Below are positions 48,294 through 54,854 of a DNA stretch of 64,000 nucleotides, piece by piece. A model generated the notes under the pieces. That model was not told where the DNA came from. It saw only the letters and a list, made by a program, of their open reading frames with translations, and ran no database searches. The position numbers were made by a program, and so were the translations under genes. Position 1 is the first letter of the stretch. Each line of letters starts with the position of its first letter. Where the stretch lies: positions 143,490 to 207,489 of the IMG/VR virus record IMGVR_UViG_3300042544_001590; one strand, 5' to 3'.

Positions 48294-49322
48294 ATGAAAA
48301 AACAACCGACATTGGGAGATATATATGGACAAATGCTGAACAGTGTTCAAGTCGTTCAAGAGAACGCACAGGAAAACATCAACAAGTCCAAAAAAATTCC
48401 CAAGCAATCCAAAAACGCTTTCAACGAAACAAATCCCTTGCAAAAAGGTGGTCCATCTGAGAAAAGCGGTTATCACAAAGCTCTGAATGATACTTATGAT
48501 GAGGATGAAGAGCGTAAGTATGCTAATCTTGATAAACTTAAAGAAAAGTTGAAGAATCCCAATCTTTCTGATAAACAGAAGGAATCTCTCAAAAAAGAAA
48601 TTGCAAGAATGGAGAGTGGAATCCAAAGAGAGGAAGCGGAAGAGAGAATTCACAAGGAATCTAAAAAAATTGCAAGAGATAGACTAAATACATTTATGAC
48701 TAAGAAATCTACATTTGATAAGTTGTTTGAATCCGTTATGGGTAATAATTTTGACCAGCAAGAGGATGCTCAAGAAGTTGATGCCCTCGGCCTTGGTGAT
48801 GCTCCCATGGACGATGAGTTTGGAGATGACGAATTCGGTGACGACGAAGACCAAGTTACATTTACTCTTGATCGTGCCACAGCACAAAAGCTTCACGATG
48901 TTTTGATGGGAGTTCTTGATGGTGGTGGTATGGAAGATGAAGGCGATGATCTGGACTTCGATACTGAAGATGATTTTGGAGGAGACGATGAAATGGACGA
49001 AGACAACGAAGAAGAAGACGATTTCTCCTATGACGAAGACGAAGAGCGCGGAACCTTCCCAACTGACAAGGTTGGTAATGATGGAACCGTTGGTGCCAAG
49101 GATGGCAAAGGTGGTGGTCAACAACACAAGCTCCAAGGTCGTAGCAATAAGGTCAATGGTCGTCCTCAACCAAAAGGTCAAAAAACCAAGGTAGTGGGAA
49201 CCACTGACAAGGTTGGTAATGACGGTGATTACGGTCATGCTCTCCATGGTGCAAAGCAACCCGATATGGGCAAGCAGAACAAAGTTTCAGACATTCGCCA
49301 AGCGGAAGATTTCTTCCGTTGA
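48294..49322 (+). CDS. acidic low-complexity protein, possible prohead core/scaffold, with nested start at 48696
   Basis: Asp/Glu-rich; internal TAAATA-N5-ATG; TDKVGNDG twice. Confidence 0.55.
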   Translation: MKKQPTLGDIYGQMLNSVQVVQENAQENINKSKKIPKQSKNAFNETNPLQKGGPSEKSGYHKALNDTYDEDEERKYANLDKLKEKLKNPNLSDKQKESLKKEIARMESGIQREEAEERIHKESKKIARDRLNTFMTKKSTFDKLFESVMGNNFDQQEDAQEVDALGLGDAPMDDEFGDDEFGDDEDQVTFTLDRATAQKLHDVLMGVLDGGGMEDEGDDLDFDTEDDFGGDDEMDEDNEEEDDFSYDEDEERGTFPTDKVGNDGTVGAKDGKGGGQQHKLQGRSNKVNGRPQPKGQKTKVVGTTDKVGNDGDYGHALHGAKQPDMGKQNKVSDIRQAEDFFR

Positions 49323-49345
49323 ATGTGAATTAAAAAAATAAACCT

Positions 49346-49380
49346 AAGAAGAGGGGATCGTGATGATTCCCTCTTTTTTT
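49346..49380 (+). terminator. intrinsic terminator
   Basis: AAGAGGGGATC-GTGAT-GATTCCCTCTT followed by a T run. Confidence 0.85.
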
Positions 49381-49393
49381 GTTAAGTATTATC

Positions 49394-50191
49394 ATGAAGT
49401 CCTTTCTGGAATTTTTTGAAGAGCGTAACGGTGTTCTATTGGAATACCGTCACAGGGATGGTTTTGGGGGTATTAAACAATCCCTCCATGCCAACAACAA
49501 AAAAGGGGGCAACATCACCCGTGATCCTCTGACACGCAAGATACCATGGAACAAAGGACCGTATAAGAAAATCAGAACAGCGGGAGAGATTCTGATCGGA
49601 GATGATCTGTTGAAAGAATTGGGTTCTATGGGAGGCGTGGAGTTCAAGGATGGTAAGGAGATCAAAAGAAAAAATAGTAATCAAATTTTAAAATTGTTCA
49701 CAAATCTTCATGGACAACAATGTGGAAAAATAGTGGAGGTAAAAAACCGAAACGCTTTTACTGAAAAAACAGATTATTATGGTAATTGTGTTGATCTGTG
49801 TAATCAATTTACTGTCGATACTGATGAAGATGATTATGACGGTGATTATGAAAATTATTATGAAGATGATGGTAGCGGCGCAGCAGAATGGATGATCAAC
49901 GTTTTATCAAATGATAATAATGTTATTAGGTTAAACAAAGAAACCTTTGATCAGTATGTAGACATTTCAGGTATCCCACAAGACAGAATTGAAAATTTAT
50001 CAAGTGATGAGTATTATTATATTATAGATGGTAGAGGACACCCTAACGGATATGTTAATTTTGTTTTATATGGTGAGAATAGGAATGGTGATGATATACA
50101 TTATTTTTTCAATGTATCACCTGATCCTAATTTAGAAAATAAAAAATTGCCGAAATTGCCAAATGGATATGGGGCAGGTTCTAATATGTGA
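49394..50191 (+). CDS. hypothetical protein, putative internal head protein
   Basis: TAAGTA-N5-ATG; MKSFLEFFEE. Confidence 0.6.
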   Translation: MKSFLEFFEERNGVLLEYRHRDGFGGIKQSLHANNKKGGNITRDPLTRKIPWNKGPYKKIRTAGEILIGDDLLKELGSMGGVEFKDGKEIKRKNSNQILKLFTNLHGQQCGKIVEVKNRNAFTEKTDYYGNCVDLCNQFTVDTDEDDYDGDYENYYEDDGSGAAEWMINVLSNDNNVIRLNKETFDQYVDISGIPQDRIENLSSDEYYYIIDGRGHPNGYVNFVLYGENRNGDDIHYFFNVSPDPNLENKKLPKLPNGYGAGSNM

Positions 50192-50202
50192 TAAATAAAA
50201 AT

Positions 50203-51075
50203 ATGTCCTCTGGTTGTCCAACAATTCCTTTATCGTGTCTAACACCTGAAAACATCTTTGCTGGTGTCTATCGCCCCAATTGTGGGGGATTTGCCGATCC
50301 ATCCAACTTTCAGGCGGAAAGAGCCATATTCAATTCCCAATTCGGGGAGCTTATCAACAATTATGGGGTGGAGATTGATTATTTTGTCAATACTTTCAAT
50401 CCCAAGGCGATGAACTCCATCTATGGGGAACATACGCTCATGTATTGGCTTGGTCCAACAACCATCAAGGCATATATCCAGATGGAAAACGGTTCCCCCA
50501 TATATGCTCTGGCTGGTATGGATTCTCCCGATACCCTGACACTATATTTACATATTGATGACTTCAACACCAAGTTTGAAGGACTCAGCATTTTTGATGG
50601 ATTTTTATACGATGAATCAAATAATAAGATTTTAACGGAAACTGGGGAACCGATCATTGTTGATAGGGACGATGGGCCATTTGTTCCCGAACCTAAATCA
50701 CAGGATAAGATTCGTGTAACACCATTTGGTTGCGATAGACCAAATGGTAGGGGAGCCAAGATATTTGAGGTTACGGAAGCCATGGATGAGGATCAGAGCG
50801 AACTCAATCCTGCGATGGGACATTATGTGTGGAGACTGAAAGCTGTCCGTAGCGAACATAACTTCACCACCAACGAGCCAAGGGAGGAATATAACCAGCA
50901 GATTGCGGACAATTCCTATTTTGGTAAGCTCTCCTCTGTCATGTTCCCCGAACTCTCAAGTGTGTTGGATGATAACAAGGTATATACGCAAAATTCCGAT
51001 GAAATCGTGCAAAGGGACGTGTTTCCTCCATCTACGGGAGGAAGTGATGGGAGTGTTTACGGTAATTATTTCTAA
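50203..51075 (+). CDS. neck/head closure protein (gp14-like)
   Basis: ELI..YG....Y, YGE, EP...D.I, IFEV, YVWRLK; precedes terminase. Confidence 0.6.
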   Translation: MSSGCPTIPLSCLTPENIFAGVYRPNCGGFADPSNFQAERAIFNSQFGELINNYGVEIDYFVNTFNPKAMNSIYGEHTLMYWLGPTTIKAYIQMENGSPIYALAGMDSPDTLTLYLHIDDFNTKFEGLSIFDGFLYDESNNKILTETGEPIIVDRDDGPFVPEPKSQDKIRVTPFGCDRPNGRGAKIFEVTEAMDEDQSELNPAMGHYVWRLKAVRSEHNFTTNEPREEYNQQIADNSYFGKLSSVMFPELSSVLDDNKVYTQNSDEIVQRDVFPPSTGGSDGSVYGNYF

Positions 51076-51084
51076 ATAATACAA

Positions 51085-52854
51085 ATGGCAGCTAAAAAGA
51101 AACATGAATACATGGGGAATCCGAATCTCCCCACTGCCAATGCGGTGTTTGAATATACACCGGAAATGGTGGTGGAAATTCAAAAATGTAAAGAGTCTCT
51201 AATACATTTTGCTGAAAATTATTTTTATATTATCGATCCCGATGAAGGTAAAAAGGTTATTCCACTCTTTGATTACCAAACGAGATTATTGAAGGCGTTT
51301 GAAGATTTCAAACAAAATATAGTTTTGAGTTCTCGCCAGAGCGGAAAAACGACGGTGATGACTATATTAGCATTACACGTAGCATGTTTTGAAAATCATA
51401 AAAATATTGTTATTGTTGCGAATAAAGAGGAAACAGCTAAAAACATATTCAAACGTGTTAAGTTGGCTTATGAAGAATTGCCTAACTGGTTAAAACCCGG
51501 AATTAAAAAGTGGGGAGATACTTCAATGGAATTGGCGAATGGTAGTTGTATTGAAATTTCAACCACTACTGGAAACGCAGCGAGGGGTAAATTTGTCAAT
51601 TTGTTGCTATTGGACGAATTAGCATTTATCGATCCGCCAAGCATAGTTGAAGACTTCTGGAGATCGGTGTATCCAACAATTTCCCGCGCTAAAACATCTA
51701 AAATTCTTATTACATCAACACCAAACGGAGTTGGTAATTTGTTTCATAGATTATATACTGGATCGGTAAAAGGTGAAAACAGATTCCACTATGAAAGAAT
51801 TGATTGGTGGGAAGTTCCGGGTCGTGATGAAGAATGGAAAAAAGATCAAATTAAAGATTTAGGTTCCCACGAGGCGTTCATGCAGGAATATGGGAACGAA
51901 TTCCTAGACAATAGCCAACAATCCATTGATGAAGCCCTATTTGACCGTCTCAAAAACGAATGCCGTGAACCCAAACACATCCTCAAGGAAGGTGCCTATA
52001 AAATATGGGAAGAATATGATCCCGAAAAAATATATGTTATTGGGGGGGACGTTTCCGAAGGTCTTGGTCTGGATGCATCCGTTCTCCAAGTTCTGGATGT
52101 CACCAATCCCAAGGAAATTATACAAGTTGCCGAATACTGGACAAATACCAAAGGGCCATCGGAATTCACCAACGAAGTGGTGGATGTTTGTGGACATTGG
52201 GGAAATCCTCTGCTATTGATTGAGCGAAACAACCAAGGAACGGGTGTTTGTGACACTTTGGCGAACACCCACATGTATCAGAACCTTGTGTCTTGGGGAG
52301 CTAAGGAAGCGCATAAGAATAAGCAGAACGGTATGATTTCCCATATCAACACCAAATATAAAGCGGTGGAGAACCAAAGATATTTCGTCAATGAAGCGCA
52401 ATCTGTGGTATTCCGCAACATTGACACGCTGAAAGAATTTAAGAATTTTGTGCGCTACCCCAATGGCTCTTGGAAAGCCAAAAGTGGGGAACACGATGAC
52501 CGTGTGATGGCATTCGTATGGGCATTGATGGCTCTCTACAAGGATATCACGGAATTATATTTTGAAATTGAGGAATTGGATGATTGCGATAAGCCTCTTG
52601 TGATCAAACCCATTGATCAGGGACTCCACCAATACAGATCGGCAACTTCCATCTACACCAACGAAGAAGTGCCTAAAATTGAGAATTCCAACATTGCCCC
52701 CATGCTCTTTGGAGGATACGGGGGGGCTGCTGTTAGTGACATGGCGGAATTGGAAGCTGCGGGATGGGCATTGCCTGATCATTCGGTGTTCTCCAATCCT
52801 GAAAGGAATATCAATCCTGATCAGTGGGCAGCGATGGAGAAATATTTCGGTTGA
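51085..52854 (+). CDS. terminase large subunit (T4 gp17-like)
   Basis: Y.GNPNL, SRQSGKT, LDELAF, STPNG, QEY, DVSEG.G.D, IERN, HDDRVMA. Confidence 0.95.
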   Translation: MAAKKKHEYMGNPNLPTANAVFEYTPEMVVEIQKCKESLIHFAENYFYIIDPDEGKKVIPLFDYQTRLLKAFEDFKQNIVLSSRQSGKTTVMTILALHVACFENHKNIVIVANKEETAKNIFKRVKLAYEELPNWLKPGIKKWGDTSMELANGSCIEISTTTGNAARGKFVNLLLLDELAFIDPPSIVEDFWRSVYPTISRAKTSKILITSTPNGVGNLFHRLYTGSVKGENRFHYERIDWWEVPGRDEEWKKDQIKDLGSHEAFMQEYGNEFLDNSQQSIDEALFDRLKNECREPKHILKEGAYKIWEEYDPEKIYVIGGDVSEGLGLDASVLQVLDVTNPKEIIQVAEYWTNTKGPSEFTNEVVDVCGHWGNPLLLIERNNQGTGVCDTLANTHMYQNLVSWGAKEAHKNKQNGMISHINTKYKAVENQRYFVNEAQSVVFRNIDTLKEFKNFVRYPNGSWKAKSGEHDDRVMAFVWALMALYKDITELYFEIEELDDCDKPLVIKPIDQGLHQYRSATSIYTNEEVPKIENSNIAPMLFGGYGGAAVSDMAELEAAGWALPDHSVFSNPERNINPDQWAAMEKYFG

Positions 52855-52878
52855 CATTGGGTGATTTTGTGGTAATTT
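52851..52878 (+). promoter_or_regulatory. sigma70-like early promoter overlapping the terminase stop
   Basis: TTGACA-N16-TAATTT with extended TG, N5-ATG 52884. Confidence 0.6.
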
Positions 52879-52883
52879 TAGGT

Positions 52884-53108
52884 ATGACTGACACAGGTGA
52901 AGTGAGGGAAGAACATTTGGTAAAGGAACGATACTATCAAGAGTGTATTTCCGACATGCATTATAAAGCTGGTCTTTATGAAAAAGAGGCTATGAAAATG
53001 TTTATCGATGGTAAGCAATTACATCAAGCTCATAGTGCCATGGATAATGCGAGAGCATTGAGAACCGCTGCGAACATTATGGACAATACAGCTTGTAATG
53101 GAGGATAA
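52884..53108 (+). CDS. hypothetical protein
   Basis: Likely ATG 52884. Confidence 0.5.
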   Translation: MTDTGEVREEHLVKERYYQECISDMHYKAGLYEKEAMKMFIDGKQLHQAHSAMDNARALRTAANIMDNTACNGG

Positions 53109-53111
53109 AGT

Positions 53112-53621
53112 ATGAAGTGTTATTCTGATTACATCACCGATCTAAAAAATGATGAAGTCTTTGTATTCACTTCGAATTCATATGGTTTTCATGGTGCTGG
53201 GTCGGCTGGTTACGCATCTTTTGGAGAATTTGGTAATGTCTGGAGAAATCATGATTATGGTAGCAAACCAGATGGGTGGAAAGGTAGATGGAATGTGAAA
53301 GGAATTGCGGAAGGTATTCAAGAAGGACGGGAAGGAAAATCCTATGCGATAAGGTCTGTATTAGCACCGGGATGTAGAAGATCAATAACCAAGGGACACC
53401 TAAAAGCTAACATTCAGGATTTTTATGATTTTGCGTGTGAAAATCTTGATTGGAAATTCTATGTTGCTCAAGATGCCAAACCGGGATACAATGGTTATTC
53501 AGTGGAAGAGATGGTGGAAATGTGGTCTGTTGAATATCCTCCAGATAATGTTTATTTTTATAAACCATTCTATGATTTATTAAAGGAGCGTTTCCCATTA
53601 AATATGTTTAGTGTCAACTGA
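53112..53621 (+). CDS. phage non-structural protein, possibly macrodomain-like
   Basis: EVFVF.SN..G.HGAGSA, G.SYAI, KFYV. Confidence 0.5.
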   Translation: MKCYSDYITDLKNDEVFVFTSNSYGFHGAGSAGYASFGEFGNVWRNHDYGSKPDGWKGRWNVKGIAEGIQEGREGKSYAIRSVLAPGCRRSITKGHLKANIQDFYDFACENLDWKFYVAQDAKPGYNGYSVEEMVEMWSVEYPPDNVYFYKPFYDLLKERFPLNMFSVN

Positions 53622-54216
53622 AATAAAACAATCATTCTTAAATCGCAGCAGGAAGGATAAATTCCTTCTCGTTTTCGATTTACCCCCCATTCTCAAGAGA
53701 ATCCAATCCAATTACACAAGGAATGATAATACCATCATTCCCGATAGTGTCCAATTCAGCATCTACGGGACAATGGTTCCGGGTCTGACTATCAAAGCGG
53801 TTGCCACCCGATATGCGGGAGATACGCTTTATGTGTCAAGCCATAGCAAAGACCCTTATCCTCCCGTGAACGTCAAATTCAAGGTGGATTCAGGATATAA
53901 TAATTATTGGGCAATTTACCAATGGTTGAATCTCCAACATGACCAAAAGACAGGTCAATTTAATGCGAAAGGTATCATAGTGGATGGTAATTTTTCGGAT
54001 TATCAGACGGATATCACGATGTATGGACTGGATGAATATGATAATAAAGTGATTCAATTCAAATATACCAAGGCTTTCATAACATCAATCGATCAGCTTG
54101 AATTTTCCCAAAATTCTGATGGTGATATGGAGATAGAAAGTGGTTTTACATTTGTTTTTTCCCAAATGCACATAGAATTGCTAGGATGTGATAGGTATAA
54201 TCAAACTTTGAGTTGA
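53611..54216 (+). CDS. tail tube family protein (gp3 tube terminator/gp19-like)
   Basis: VPG, F.VD..Y.NY..IY.W, F.YT.AF.TS; TAAATA-N6-GTG. Confidence 0.65.
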   Translation: MSTEIKQSFLNRSRKDKFLLVFDLPPILKRIQSNYTRNDNTIIPDSVQFSIYGTMVPGLTIKAVATRYAGDTLYVSSHSKDPYPPVNVKFKVDSGYNNYWAIYQWLNLQHDQKTGQFNAKGIIVDGNFSDYQTDITMYGLDEYDNKVIQFKYTKAFITSIDQLEFSQNSDGDMEIESGFTFVFSQMHIELLGCDRYNQTLS

Positions 54217-54240
54217 CATTTCAATTTTCCAGTTTAAAGT
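54213..54240 (+). promoter_or_regulatory. sigma70-like early promoter overlapping the upstream stop
   Basis: TTGACA-N16-TAAAGT-N6-ATG. Confidence 0.6.
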
Positions 54241-54246
54241 AATTCC

Positions 54247-54642
54247 ATGAAAAATAAATTTGATGAATTTATTCTTTTTTGCAATCTTTACAAAAAAGAA
54301 ACCGGAGAGAATATAACCCAAAAGTTGGTCGATAGATATGAAAAAATATATAACCATGTCACAACTCCATCTACATGGTTCCAGCATCCAAATGGAGTTG
54401 TAGTGAAAGGGAATGTATATAAATTTTGGAAAAAACAATCATCTGATTGTAAATTGGGATTGATGCATATTCCTCTTAAAGAGGATAGTGGGTATGTATA
54501 TTCTCTTCATACTGTTGGTATAGTTGAAGATTTTATACCAGATAAAATATTAGAAGTTATGTTGATGGATGGTTTTTTAACATTTGATTTTGAATTAGAT
54601 AGTAACAAAAATAGAATGGAGGAATTAAAAAATTATGAATGA
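54247..54642 (+). CDS. hypothetical protein
   Basis: 131 aa AT-rich ORF. Confidence 0.55.
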   Translation: MKNKFDEFILFCNLYKKETGENITQKLVDRYEKIYNHVTTPSTWFQHPNGVVVKGNVYKFWKKQSSDCKLGLMHIPLKEDSGYVYSLHTVGIVEDFIPDKILEVMLMDGFLTFDFELDSNKNRMEELKNYE

Positions 54643-54805
54643 TATATTTTTAGGAAAATTACCAACAATGGTTCAAGGAGACGAACCATTGGGAGCAGAA
54701 TTGATAGCCAAATTGGAAAAATATGCGGAAGATAATAAATTACCATCTTTCAAGATTGTCGAGGATATTGATGGGAATTCCGTGGCAGAGATAATTAAAA
54801 AATAG
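54635..54805 (+). CDS. small hypothetical protein (not in ORF track)
   Basis: 56 aa MNDIFLGKLPTMVQGDEPLG... Confidence 0.5.
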   Translation: MNDIFLGKLPTMVQGDEPLGAELIAKLEKYAEDNKLPSFKIVEDIDGNSVAEIIKK

Positions 54806-54809
54806 TGGA

Positions 54810-54854
54810 ATTGCTGTTTAGGAAATTTTTGGCGGGGATTTGCTAAATAGTAAT
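54810..54854 (+). promoter_or_regulatory. RNA hairpin enclosing the sheath late promoter
   Basis: About 20-bp stem with G-U pairs and one mismatch; TAAATA 54844-54849, ATG 54855. Confidence 0.6.
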
